DNA of 64,000 nt from an uncultured candidate division Zixibacteria bacterium (GCA_963806185.1 CAWDXE010000001.1:512001-576000); one strand, 5' to 3'; counted from the first letter of the stretch, positions 19,161 to 31,538 are shown. A program made the numbers and translations. The notes: a model not told the origin generated them from the letters alone.

Positions 19161-22100
19161 GTGAGAATAAACCGCTATTTTACAACCGCGGGCGAGTCAC
19201 CCTATAAGGGAATCAACTTCGTTCGCCGGTCATCCGAGATAAAGAACCCTGACGGATCAACGGTCTTTAAGGCACAAAATCTGATGGTGCCCGAATCCTG
19301 GACTCAGGTCGCCATCGATATTCTGGCTCAGAAGTATTTCCGTAAGGCCGGCGTGCCGCAGACGCACGAGGACGGTCGACCGGTACTCAACGAACAGGGC
19401 GATCAGGTGACCGGAGGAGAGACTGACTCTCGTCAGGTATTCAATCGGTTGGCCGGTTGCTGGCGCCATTGGGGTGAGACTCACAGTTACTTTTCGAGCG
19501 CTGACGATGCCCAGGCATTTTATGATGAACTCTGCTACATGCTGGCGACGCAGATCGCGGCGCCCAATTCACCGCAGTGGTTCAACACCGGCCTCCATTA
19601 CGCGTACGGAATCTCCGGTGTGCCGCAGGGGCACTTCTATGTGGACCCGACGTCACACACCATGACGCAGGCCAGGAACGCCTACGAGCATCCTCAGCCG
19701 CACGCCTGTTTCATTCAGTCGGTCAGTGACGACCTGGTAAATGACGGCGGGATTATGGATCTCTGGGTGCGGGAGGCCCGTCTGTTCAAGTACGGCTCCG
19801 GCACCGGCTCTAATTTCTCCAATCTTCGCGGCTCGGGCGAGAAGCTCTCCGGCGGCGGACAGTCGTCGGGGCTCATGTCGTTCCTCAAGATCGGCGATCG
19901 CGCCGCGGGCGCCATCAAGTCAGGCGGCACAACTCGGCGGGCGGCCAAGATGGTCTGCCTCGATCTGGATCATCCTGACGTGATTGACTTCATCGATTGG
20001 AAAGTGGTCGAAGAACAGAAGGTGGCGGCGCTGGTAACCGGCTCGAAGATTATCCGGCAACAGCTCAAGACGATTTTCAGCGCTACTACCCTGATCGACG
20101 AGCACGGGGAGACCAAAGTTGAAGTTGATGCGGAGAAGAACAAGGCGCTCAAGGATGCTCTGCGCACCGCTAAGCGGCTGCTGGTTCCGGCCAATTATGT
20201 CAAGAAGGTCCTCGACCTGGCCTCACAGGGGATCAAGAGCATCGACTACATCCAGCTCGAGACCGATTGGGATAGCGAAGCGTATCTGACGGTGTCGGGA
20301 CAGAATTCCAACAATTCGGTCCGCATCCCGAACGAATTTTTCGAGACACTCCAGGCGCGCGAGGAATGGCAGTTGAAGTCGCGCACCTCGGGCAAAGTCA
20401 CGAAGACCATCCCGGCGACCGAAATGTGGGAAAAGATCTGCTACAGTGCCTGGGCCTGCGCCGATCCAGGTGTGCAGTTTGATACCACCATCAATGAGTG
20501 GCATACCTGCCCCGAGGATGGCCGGATCAATGCCTCCAATCCCTGCTCGGAATACATGTTCCTGGATGATACCGCCTGCAATCTGGCGTCGATCAACCTG
20601 GTAAGATTTGTTGACGATCAGGAGAATTTCGATCTTGAGGGGTACCTGCATGCGATTCGTCTGTGGACGATTGTGCTGGAAATTTCCGTGCTTATGGCAT
20701 CGTTCCCCTCCAAGTCGATCGCTCAGAAGAGTTATGAATTTCGTACGCTCGGTTTGGGGTATGCCAACCTGGGCACATTGTTGATGAGACTTGGTATTCC
20801 GTATGACTCGCCGCGCGGCTACGCCTGGTGCGGCGCTCTCACCGCGCTTTTGACGGGGGAAGCGTACGTGACTTCGGCCGAAATGGCCAAGGAGCACGGC
20901 GCCTTCCCAGGATTCTACCGTAATCGTGAGCACATGCTGCGAGTCATACGTAACCATCGTCGCGCCGCCCAGAATGCCGAGAAATCGGAATACGAAGCGC
21001 TGACTGTCAAACCGACCGGCATCAATCCCAATTATCTGCCGGAACTGCTGGTCAAAGCGTCTCGCGACCGTGTGGGACAAGGCGCTGGAGCTGGGCGAAG
21101 TTTACGGTTATCGCAATGCCCAGGTGACGGTGATCGCGCCGACCGGCACGATCGGCCTGCTCATGGATTGCGACACCACCGGTATCGAGCCGGATTTCGC
21201 ACTGGTGAAGTTCAAAAAGCTGGCCGGGGGCGGGTATTTCAAGATCATCAACCAGTCGGTTCCGGCGGCACTCAAGCGTCTGGGCTACACCGAGAACGAA
21301 CTCAGCGACATCATCACGTACGCCACCGGTGCTCGCACACTCAAAGGGGCGCCGTATATCAATCACGAATCGCTCAAGGCGCACGGCTTTGACAGACGAA
21401 GAACTGGCCAAGCTCGAAGCGGCCCTGGCGAATGTCTTCGACATCAGCTTCGCGTTCAACAAGTTCACGTCCTCGGCGAGGAGTTCATCAAGGACACGCT
21501 GGGTATCAGCGATGATGTTTTCAACGCCTGGGAATTCAATCTGCTCCGCGAGCTCGGCTTCACCAAGGAGCAGATCGAGGCGGCCAACGAGTACTGCTGC
21601 GGCACGATGACGCTTGAGGGCGCTCCAGCTTCTCAAGGAAAAGGACCTGCCTATTTTCGACTGCGCCAACCGGTGCGGCAAAAAGGGCAAGCGGTTCATC
21701 TCGTACGAATCGCACATCCGGATGATGGCCGCGGCGCAGCCGTTTATTTCCGGTGCGATTTCCAAGACGATCAACATGCCGGCCGAAGCGACAATCGAGG
21801 ACGTCAAGAAGGCCTACCGGATGTCGTGGGAAACCATGAACAAGGCGGTCGCGCTGTATCGCGACGGCTCCAAACTGTCGCAGCCGCTCAGTGCGACCTC
21901 GTTCACCGATGATGAGCGAATCGGATGGCGAGCATCAGACGATGTACGGTCGAGCATCGTCTCCGAGAAGATGGCCGAGCGGCTCGTTTACCGGTATATC
22001 GCCAAGCGGCGCAAACTGCCGAACCGTCGCGGCGGCTACACACAGAAGGCGGTCGTCGGCGGCCACAAGATCTATCTGCGCACCGGCGAGTACTCCGACG

Positions 22101-22857
22101 GCTCGCTCGGCGAAATCTTCCTCGATATGCACCGCGAGGGCGCGGCGTTCCGTTCGCTCATGAACTGCTTCGCCATCGCCATCTCGCTCGGCCTGCAGCA
22201 CGGCGTGCCGCTCGAGGAGTATGTCGAGGCCTTCCTGTTCAGCCGCTTCGAGCCGAACGGGATCGTCGAGGGGAACAAGTCGATCAAGATGGCGACCTCG
22301 ATTATCGATTACATCTTCCGCGAGCTGGCGATCACCTATCTGGATCGCAACGATCTGGCGCACGTGTCGCACGACGACCTGCGCAACGACACGCTCGGCT
22401 CTCCGGCCGACGAATCGATGGACTTCGAAGAAGAAGAACCGGCGTCGCCGATTGTCACCGGTCAGATGACCGCGGCGACACGTCAGCAGGATGATATTCA
22501 CACCACCCATCTCGGTTTCGCGCCGACGCCCGAACGGTCACACGGGCAACGGAAAAGCCGGCCAACGGCGGGAACGGGAATGGACATTCACACGGAGGGA
22601 ATGGTCATGGTAAGTCGATGGAGTCTGCACCTGCAGCAGCAAAGAATCCTGCAGGCCAAACGGCGGTGCATGAGTATATCAGTGCCGGAACCGCCACCGC
22701 CGGCGAAGGAACCAACCGTCTCCAGCGAGAAATCCGAATCGCGCGGATGAGCGGGTACGAGGGGGACATGTGTCGGGAGTGCGGATCGTTTACGATGGTT
22801 CGCAACGGCACGTGTTTGAAGTGTGACACCTGCGGCTCCACGAGTGGGTGCAGTTAA
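19161..22857 (+). CDS. nrdJ: Class II (adenosylcobalamin-dependent) ribonucleotide reductase; several apparent sequencing frameshifts in 3' half
   Basis: [50 protein letters not shown]-terminal CRECG...[17 protein letters not shown] pieces 19161, 21070, 21329, 21614, 22618 are collinear. Confidence 0.93.
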
Positions 22858-22896
22858 GAGTTTTCTTTTTCCAACATTTCATTTTCGTGTTTGACG

Positions 22897-22929
22897 ATCA
22901 CGCGCCGGACGCCAATCCCGGCGCGTGAT
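22897..22929 (+). terminator. Hairpin terminator after nrdJ
   Basis: 12-bp perfect stem ATCACGCGCCGG/CCGGCGCGTGAT followed by TCTGTTT. Confidence 0.7.
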
Positions 22930-23153
22930 TCTGTTTGGGGGGTCGGCGCTTCACTCCTTGATTCGGTGGCCCACGGCTTGGCGTGGGTTACCTCTATGCG
23001 GCTGGCTACGTTCACAATTGATCGGAAAGATCGAAATGGCGAAGCTCAGTAATAAAATCGAGAGCGATGATGCTGGATCGCGAAATCCGCCGCGAGTGGT
23101 GGGCCACCAGTCATGCCCTTCCACCATGAATTATAGATGGCCGGGCGGTGATT

Positions 23154-23569
23154 TCACTGCAAGATCACGTTCAGAACTTTCATGCTAGACTTATTTACTA
23201 CTACGACCACCGGCTTTTTCCCCAGTGTCCAAACAGTCTCAATAGGCTCCTCTGCAAGATTTCTGGTGGTGACGGTTACGTAATAGTTACGCTATCCGAA
23301 AAGACTTCCTGCAAGGCAAATTCGGACGTATCAGCATACCAGGGTCCTTGAGCGATGTAGCTATGTGCGACATCAAATACCTTCGAACGAATGGGGTTTG
23401 ATTCAACCGAATTCCGTCGCACAGCCGCTTCGTATAGATCGACCAACGGCGGGGCGGCACATCCAAAGACAAGACATACGGTACCGCTTACAAGAAGCTC
23501 TCGCCAAAATTTCCGCGCCCTCCGTGCTCTTCTCACGAAAGGCACTGACTGTTCCCGCAATATGTTCAT
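23154..23569 (-). CDS. Hypothetical putative lipoprotein (frameshift near 23290)
   Basis: Hydrophobic segment ending LVFGC; ORF 23276-23569 continues in another frame as YYVTVTTR...KPVVVVVNKSSMKVLNVILQ. Confidence 0.45.
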
Positions 23570-23665
23570 GGAAATGCTCCTCCATAATAACAGGACCGGA
23601 GGCCCAAGTCTCTCTCTTCGTCTTCAGTGGCCCGCGGCTTGCCGCGGGTTCCCTTGATGTCGTCG

Positions 23666-24488
23666 TTACTCGTGACTCGTCCCGTTTCCCTTCCAGTTTG
23701 CTGGCGGAAACGGCCAGCTGAAACAATCCAAGTGAGCCCCGGAAAGAGCATGAAAAGCACAGGTGAGGCTCTCATAGGTTTCGTCTGGCCGAGGTGCCCG
23801 ATCTTGATGGGTTAAGGGTTGAGGTGGTACCCCTTTGATTGTGATGTGCCACACTGGGAGACTATCTCCTTCGGTTGATGTGACTATCAAGAGACGGCCG
23901 ATGATTTCGAGCGCTTGGCTGGGAGCAGTTATGATGTAATTCCCGGCCAGCAGGTCACCAAACTTGATCTCAGGCACACCGGTAAATCGGCCGAGGACTT
24001 TCTCTCCCACCCAGCCATACTGTTCGATGAGCCTCTGCGGTCAGTGGATCTGGAGCAAGGCGCGGATCACGTCCCGCGAGGCGATGCTCGACCCTCAACA
24101 GGTCGCCTGTTTCCGCATTGAGGATAACGTTGAAAGCCATGTACGACCGATGACCAGGCAGGCTGTCGTGAGAGAAGCAGGAGACGCATACCGAATCGTA
24201 ATGAACACTCCATACCACCTGAGAATCAGTCGACACATACGGTGCGAGACTGTCGACTGTTGTTGTCAAATGGGCGCTCGCGCTTCCGACAGCTTGGCGC
24301 GTGGAGGTTGCTCCAAAGCGAGTATACTTGTCGGCCAGTTCGATAGCCGAGGCTTCTGAAGCCACTTTAGCCGATGGCGATAATTGACCTTCAGCCGCGA
24401 CGGCAATTGAACACCCGCAAAGAAGAATCCCCACAATGCATGAGATTCCAGCTCCTGCCAACCCGTATCGCTTCAACGGTTCAAACAT
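23666..24488 (-). CDS. Hypothetical exported protein with PepSY-like repeats (frameshift near 24015)
   Basis: SD GAGG, signal peptide; overlapping ORFs 23970-24488 and 23666-24010; repeated VW.V/I and NAETG/HALSG motifs. Confidence 0.5.
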
Positions 24489-24691
24489 GAACTACCTCAT
24501 TGAAGGTGGTGTAAGCCGATTCCAATATCCCGTGGGTTTCCTCCATGCCGCCGGCCATGTTCACATTTGCGCCGAATAAGTCGTAGTCGTAGCATACAGT
24601 GTCCAAAATGCGACGGGCGACTCGCTCGTTGCATCATTAGAAACATAGTAAGGATTGTCTACGGAAGCAAGTGATTGAATTGACAGCCCTG

Positions 24692-25172
24692 CCCCGGGAC
24701 CACAGGGGTCCCGGGCTACAAGAGAAGAGAAATACGCGCAGGCAAGTACGGTGGACTCTGAGATCCTGAACCTTTAAGAAAAGGTTCAGGATGACAATAT
24801 ACAGGAAGTAGTAGGGCAGCACCGATGCGAGTCTTCGAGCGGGTGCTGCCGTCTTCATGTTTCATTCATGGCAGCATCCGGCGCCAAGAGGCGCCATCGA
24901 TGCTGCCCTACAGAGTGAGCTTGCACCCTCGCTCTACGGGTTGGGGTGAGGGCATGGAAGGTAATGCGTCGGGTCACACGGCGATAAGAATCGCCGCAGG
25001 ACCTGACGCAACAGCCAACACGAGACGCACACCGGAGATGAAAAAAGAAACGGTCAGGCTCGGGAGCCTGACCGCACGTAAGCTGGATCCTACAGTCAGG
25101 GGCGCAAGGCCCCTGACCTACAAGACAAACCAACAAGACCTACAGGTCGAAACCACAGGGGTTTCGACCTCC
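24692..25172. repeat. Cluster of about nine REP-like palindromes
   Basis: Hairpins at 24692-24719, 24761-24795, 24811-24850, 24870-24911, 24911-24937, 24965-25012, 25051-25077, 25095-25121, 25144-25172; five start with GTAG on one strand. Confidence 0.8.
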
Positions 25173-25176
25173 AAAA

Positions 25177-25720
25177 TCACTTCGCGTCCATAAGTTGGCA
25201 TTCAAAGAACAAGGTCGAGTTCGGTGGTATCGCACCACCCATCCCCTGCTCACCGTACGCCAACTGCGGCGGGACGATCAACAGACCGCTTGCCGCCCAC
25301 CTTCATCCCGACCAGTCCTTCGTCCCAGCCGGCAATCACTTCCCGGTTACCCAGCACCAACGGATACGGCTTGCCGCGCGGAATTGAGGAATCAAGCGGG
25401 CTCCCCTTCTTCTGTCCGTCCACGTAGAGCCAGACGGTGTAATCCACAGCGACATGCTTCCCGGCGACAGCCTCCGCACCGGTCCCCACTTTTTCATCGA
25501 AGTACTTCAAACCAGACTTGGTCGTCACGTATTCCACTTTTTTCTCCGCAGCTTTGGCCGTATCGGCCCTGGTTGAATCGGCGATCTTGAACGGAGCCGG
25601 CTTGGTTGTGTCGGCGACTTTGGCCGGGGCTGTCTTGTCGGCGGCTGGTTTGTCGCCCGAAGCACAGGCATTCAGGCCGAGCGCCGCGAAAGCAAACAAA
25701 CAGACAATGGTCTTCCTCAT
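25177..25720 (-). CDS. FKBP-type peptidyl-prolyl isomerase lipoprotein (frameshift near 25285)
   Basis: Lipobox LNAC, TKSGLKY, VIAGWDEGLVGMKVGGKR; C-terminus PPQLAYG...IPPNSTLFFE in shifted frame. Confidence 0.92.
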
Positions 25721-25778
25721 CGTGATTCCCTTCCTATCGTTAACAGTTTTCGGAAATTCCATCAGCAATCAATACGTG

Positions 25779-27060
25779 TCAATTAGACACAGTAATTGTC
25801 TCATCCCGTTTCGCGCCGGTCGACACGATGCGCGATTGTCACACCCAGATCATTGGCAATGAACTGGAGATACTCGCGCGCTTTCTCCGGCAACTGAGCA
25901 AACGTCGTGACACCGGTGGTATCGGTGTGCCAGCCGGCGACGGACTTGTACACCGGCTTGACGCGCGCCAGGGCCGCCAGATCAAGCGGGACCTCGTGCA
26001 AGGTCTGACCGTCGAGTTCGTACGCCACACAGACTTTGAGTTCGGGCAGATCATCGAGTACGTCGAGCTTGGTGATGGCAATGGAGTCCACCCCGTTGAT
26101 GCGCACGACGTGGCGCAATTGCACCAGATCGAGCCAGCCGCAGCGACGGGGACGGCCCGTGGTGGCGCCGAATTCGTCACCCTGCGTACGGATCTTTTCG
26201 CCCAGGGCGTCGACCAGTTCGGTCGGGAAGGGCCCGGCACCGACGCGCGTCGTATATGCCTTTACCACGCCCACGACTTCATCGATCATTTTGGGACCGA
26301 CACCAAGGCCGGTCAGCACACCGCCAACGGTCGTGTTGCTTGAGGTGGCAAAGGGGTAGGTGCCGAGATCGACGTCGAGCATCGAGCCTTGCGCCCCCTC
26401 ATACAGAATCGACTTGCCCGCTTTCTGCGCTTTCTGCAGGCAAAGCGAAACATCGACCACCATCGGGCGGAAGAATTCGACCAGTTCCATGAGGCGTCGA
26501 AACGTGAGTTCGACGTCGGCGCGTTCATCGCTTGAACCCTCGAAATATCTCGCTTTGATAGACCGATTGTAGGCCAGGCGCGCCTTGAGTCGGTCGGGGC
26601 TGAAGAGGTCGACCATGCGGATACCATGACGAGCAACCTTGTCGACATAAGCCGGACCGATGCCGCGCTGCGTGGTGCCGAGCGAGCTGGTGCCGCGCGC
26701 TTCCTCCTCGACCGCGTCAATCAACTTATGATACGGCAGGACCAGATTGGCAGCCGGTGAGACGAAGATACGGCCCGCGTAGTCGACGCCACGCTTGTGC
26801 AGAGCGTCGAGTTCATCCTTGAATTTGAACGGGTCGAGCACGACCCCGTTGCCAATATAGCACACCTTCCCGGGATGGAGAATGCCGGAAGGAACCAGGT
26901 GCAGGACGAATTTCTCGCTGCCAACATGAATGGTATGACCGGCGTTGGCGCCTCCCTGGTGGCGGGCGATGATGTCCGCCTCAGCGGCCAGCAAGTCGAC
27001 GATCTTACCTTTACCTTCGTCCCCCCACTGACACCCGATAATGACTCTGTTTTTCCCCAT
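25779..27060 (-). CDS. purA: Adenylosuccinate synthetase (frameshift near 25830)
   Basis: QWGDEGKGK, GGANAGHT, EFGATTGRPRRCGW, TKLDVL; end IVSTGAKRDETI in shifted frame. Confidence 0.96.
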
Positions 27061-27063
27061 CGG

Positions 27064-27667
27064 TTATGACACTCGCTTCCGCTTGGTGTGTTCGGCGAGC
27101 AGCTCGCGCACGGCGCTCGTCAGTTCATTCTTTCCCGTTCCGGCCACGGTTGAAAACGGAAGGGCATCCACGCCCAGTTCCGTTTCAATCTGGCGAACTC
27201 TTCTTGTTCAGCTGGTCCCGTCCGACTTTGTCGGCCTTGGTGATCACGGCCAGCACCGGCAGGCGGCGATCGACCAGCCAGTTGATGAGTTGCCGATCTT
27301 CATCAGTTGGGTCGCGACGGCTATCCAGCAACAAAAGAAGGCCGGCCAGTTCCTGGCCGGTTGTCAGATACTGCTCGATCAATGACCCCCAGGTTGCTTT
27401 GACCGACTTGGCAACCTTGGCATACCCGTATCCGGGCAAGTCGACAAAATAGAAGGTATCATCAATTCGGAAAAAATTCAAGGACCGTGTCTTGCCCGGT
27501 GTGCCGGAGACCTTGGCCAGCCCCTTGCGGTTCCACAACTTATTGAGAAGTGAGGACTTGCCTACATTAGACCGCCCCGCTACGGCCACCTGAGGGGAAC
27601 CGTCACGAGGCAGTTGATCCATCCGAAAGACCGACGTGGCAAACTCGGCCACAAATGATTTGGCGAT
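27064..27667 (-). CDS. engB: Ribosome-biogenesis GTPase YihA/YsxC (frameshift near 27199)
   Basis: GRSNVGKSS, VDLPGYGYA, TKADK; follows lon; start uncertain (ATC at 27667 after AAGGAG, or TTG at 27709). Confidence 0.94.
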
Positions 27668-27714
27668 CTCTATCGCTCCTTCCCGAAATACATCTGATCC
27701 GCAGAGCAACTCAC

Positions 27715-30140
27715 CTATCGCAGGTGAGCGGCCGGCTGACTTCCAGCCGTGCGATGAGCCTTCGTCCGCGCGAAGGGTGATCTCGTCATGGCCAATCGTA
27801 AGGCTTCGTCAATCGTCGAGACCAAGTGCAGCTTCAGCCCCTCCTTCAATTCTGGGGGAAGCTCGACGAGGTCCTTTCGATTGCGCGAAGGAATGATGAT
27901 CTCGGTAATGCCCGCCCGTTTGGCCGCGAGCAATTTCTCGTTGAGTCCACCGATTGGCAGGACATCACCACCCAGAGTGATCTCGCCGGTCATGGCGATG
28001 TCGGTGCGAACGGCAATCTTGCTGACTGATGACAGCAGGGCCACCAACAGGGTAATACCGGCCGAGGGTCCGTCTTTCGGCACAGCGCCCTCCGGGATAT
28101 GCACGTGCAGTTCCAGCGAATCGAAGAAGTCTTCCTTCAAATTGAAACGCTCGGCGTGATTACGAATGTACGACAGGGCGGCCGTGCCCGATTCGCGCAT
28201 GACATCGCCCAGCGAACCGGTTAAGGTCAGGGTCGCTTTCCCCTTCATGGGCACAACCTCGACCGGCAATGCCTCTCCGCCCATTTCTGTCCAGGCGAGA
28301 CCGACAGCATAGCCGATGGTCGGTTCTGTCTTGAGATTGGTTTCGACGAATTTCCGTGGGGCCGAGTGTCCGATTTACCGCCGCAGGCGTGACGTTGAGG
28401 CTCTTGAACTTCTTCCCTCCCGCCAGATCGACTGCCGCCTTGCGAAGGATCGCGCTGAGCTGACGTTCCAGTTCGCGCACGCCGGCTTCGCGGGTGTAGT
28501 AGCGGATGATTTCAAAGAACGCCTTTTCGTCGAAATTGGTCACCACGTTCTCCAGACCAAGATCGTGGCGGAGTTTGGGCAGGAGGTACTCCTTGCCAAT
28601 GGCCGCCTTTTCGAAGTCGAGATAACCGGGCAGGCGGATGATCTCCATTCGGTCGCGAAGCGCCTCGGGAATGGCGCTGAGAGAATTGGCGGTCGTGATG
28701 AACAGAATATGCGACAGGTCGCTCTCGACTTCGAGATAATTATCGTAAAATGAATTGTTCTGCTCCGGATCGAGTACCTCGAGCAGAGCCGCCGCGGGGT
28801 CACCACGGAAGTCAGCGCCGATCTTGTCGATTTCGTCGAGGAGAAAGACCGGGTTAATCGAACCGGCCTTCTTCAGTGACTGAATGATTCGCCCCGGCAG
28901 CGCGCCTATGTAGGTACGGCGATGCCCGCGGATTTCGGCCTCGTCGTGAATGCCGCCGAGCGACATGCGCACGAACTTGCGTCCCATCGCACGAGCAACC
29001 GATCGTCCCACCGAAGTCTTCCCTACTCCGGGCGGGCCGACGAGACAGAGAATCGGACCTTTGACTTTTCCTGAGAGGCGAATGACGGCGAGGTGTTCGA
29101 GAATGCGCCGTTTGGCCTTCTCCAGACCATAATGGTCGCCGTCGAGAATGGTGCGAACCTCGTTGAAGTCAGTCCGATCCGTGGTGTGAACATTCCACGG
29201 TATGGCCAGGAGCCAGTCGACGTAGGAGCGAATGACCCCCGCTTCGGCTGAGTACGGATGCATCTTCGATAGTTTGCGAATCTCTTCCTCGGCTTTGGCG
29301 CGAACGCGATCGGGGTAGTCACCGCTCTCGAGCTTGCCGAAAAGGTCCTCAACTTCGGCGCCGGCATCGTCACCCTGCCCCAATTCATCCTTGATCGCCT
29401 TTAGCTGCTGCTGCAGATAGATCTCGCGTTGTGTGCGTGACATAGACTCGCGCACGCTACCGTCAATCTTCTGCTCGATTTTCAGAATCTCAATTTCCTC
29501 GCGCAGGATTTCGGCCAGAGCAAGGAACTGGTCCTTCGATGAATTGGTCTCGAGCAGTCGTTGCTTGACCTCAATGCGGTGTAACAAGTGAGCAGAGATG
29601 GTGTCGGCAGTGAGGTCGTGACTTTCGACCGAGGCCAGCGTGACCAGAATCTCATCGGGAATACGGCGATTGAGCCGGACATAGTCGGTGAACTGATCGG
29701 AAACGGTACGGGCAAGCGCGGTAGTCTCGCGATCGGTTGGCTCGTTGTCGCGGCGAATCAGTTGGAAGCGGGCCGTCATGAAACCGTTGGTCCGGCTCTG
29801 GCGTTTCCAGCCGGGCCCGGACAAGCCCCTCGACCAGCACCTTGAGGGTGCCGTTGGGCATCTTCATCACCTGCAATATTCGGGCAACCACGCCGATCGG
29901 AAACAGGTCGTTTTGTTTGGGATTATCGACGGCCGGCGATTTCTGGGCCACCAGCAGGATCTGCTTGCTGTTGACCATCGCCTCCTGCAGCGCCTTGACC
30001 GTAAACTTCCGGCCCACCAACAGCGGGTAGATCATGTGCGGGAAGATGACTATGTCGCGCAGCGGGATAACCGGCAGACTGGCCTGAATTTCAATATTTT
30101 CAGAATTGTACAGAACGTGCATTTCAACATCTCGTTTCAT
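27715..30140 (-). CDS. lon: ATP-dependent Lon protease (frameshifts near 29800 and 28360)
   Basis: LPVIPLRD N-domain, GPPGVGKTS, HRRTYIGALPG, PKDGPSAG, catalytic Lys (NEKLLAA); three collinear ORFs. Confidence 0.96.
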
Positions 30141-30366
30141 TCAATCGCCCTTCTTGAGCATGGTTCAACATCAACATACTTGACAGATCAGGTTCTCAAA
30201 AGCACTTTTTCGGACCAGTGCCCAAAGGTGATACGTGGCGATACGGGCCGGCGACCAAAGATAGTGGGACCTCACTACCCATCCCTATGAGATGATTGCG
30301 CATAGGCTTAGTGAGAACTTTCTTTTAAACTTGCCTCCTTGGGGACGTCGCCCTTTATTCGAGCCC

Positions 30367-30729
30367 ATGCCACGACGGATACGCCAACGCCCCTCTCTGC
30401 TGACACCGGCCGGATCGTTCATTCGACGACTCTCCGACGCCGACACCCGCATGCGGCGCCGGCTGTTTATCCTCTCGATCATCGTTATCGTCTGCTTTTC
30501 GGCCTATTCGCTCGTCAGCGGCGAATATGGTGTGCCGCGTATCGTAAAACTTAACTTGCAGAGAAAGACCCTCGAGGACAGCAATCGCCTGCGCCTGGCT
30601 GAGCTAGTCGACGCCGACCGCGAGCGAAACATGCTGAAATTTGATCATAGCTATATCGAGTTTATCGCCCGCACCAAGTACCACATGGCCGCTCCGGATG
30701 AGACGATCTACCGGTATCGCGGACGGTGA
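30367..30729 (+). CDS. ftsB: Septum formation initiator family protein (FtsB/DivIC)
   Basis: Single TM, GEYG, coiled coil, IEFIARTKYHM..PDETIY. Confidence 0.8.
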   Translation: MPRRIRQRPSLLTPAGSFIRRLSDADTRMRRRLFILSIIVIVCFSAYSLVSGEYGVPRIVKLNLQRKTLEDSNRLRLAELVDADRERNMLKFDHSYIEFIARTKYHMAAPDETIYRYRGR

Positions 30730-31529
30730 GTGGTATGGGGCTGGAGACTACCGACGCCATCCTTCTCAAAGCTTTCAACTGGTCAGAGTCATCGCGGACA
30801 GTCGTATTTCTGAGTCGCGAGCGGGGTAAGCTACCGCTGGTCGACAAAGGGGGAAGATCGTTTGCCACCAAGCGGGGGCGGATTATGCCGTTCGCGCGCA
30901 TGGAGGTGACTTTTTATGCCACCAATCGCGAAGCCAACGGATATATCCGAGAGATCGCGCTCGTAGAACTGTTCAACATGGAAAAGGATGGCTCACTTGG
31001 GCGAATCGGTTACGGCTCAGCCGCCCTGGAACTACTCTCTCAACTCCTGCCTCAGGAAGAGCCGGTTGAGGCACTCTATGATTACACAACATCCTATTTG
31101 CGATACTTGAGTACTGTCGACAAGCGTCATCTGCCGGCGCTGTTCATTACGTATTATCTGCGGCTGATGTCGCAATTGGGGTATCACCCATCACTGGCCT
31201 GGTGTGCCGGCTGCGAGAAAGAACTGGCCAAAGCGACAACCGCCGAGGGCATGATCATCTTTTCGCCTGAACGTGGAGGGGTCGTCTGTCCCTCTTGCCA
31301 AACCGTGGGCGAGTATTATATTGGCATTTCTTTGCCGGACATGGAGATGTTGGCGAGGCTTCAGCGGGCCAACCTGGCTGAAGGGAGTACTGAAGTGCTC
31401 GGTTTTGATCGGGCCGGGGTCCTTCTGGAGGCGCTGACCCGGTTCCTTCGCTTCCATTCCGGCATGGTGAATGACGTGAAATCGCTCACGTTTCTGGAGA
31501 AACTGAAGAAGAGTCAGATGAATCGCTAG
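30726..31529 (+). CDS. recO: DNA repair protein RecO
   Basis: AILLK...ESSRTV..LSRERGK OB fold, GYHP.L..CAGC...GGVVCPSC zinc finger; next to glyQS. Confidence 0.92.
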   Translation: MSGMGLETTDAILLKAFNWSESSRTVVFLSRERGKLPLVDKGGRSFATKRGRIMPFARMEVTFYATNREANGYIREIALVELFNMEKDGSLGRIGYGSAALELLSQLLPQEEPVEALYDYTTSYLRYLSTVDKRHLPALFITYYLRLMSQLGYHPSLAWCAGCEKELAKATTAEGMIIFSPERGGVVCPSCQTVGEYYIGISLPDMEMLARLQRANLAEGSTEVLGFDRAGVLLEALTRFLRFHSGMVNDVKSLTFLEKLKKSQMNR

Positions 31530-31538
31530 AGAGGAAAT

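Noticed and set aside
24692..25172. CRISPR array or integron attC cassette array
   Set aside because: Palindromes differ from each other, spacing is irregular, and there are no cas or integrase genes or cassette ORFs between them
19161..30140. nrdJ, FKBP, purA, engB and lon as pseudogenes or programmed frameshifts
   Set aside because: Catalytic motifs are intact, there is no nonsense decay or shared slippery site, and the lesions are almost all extra bases
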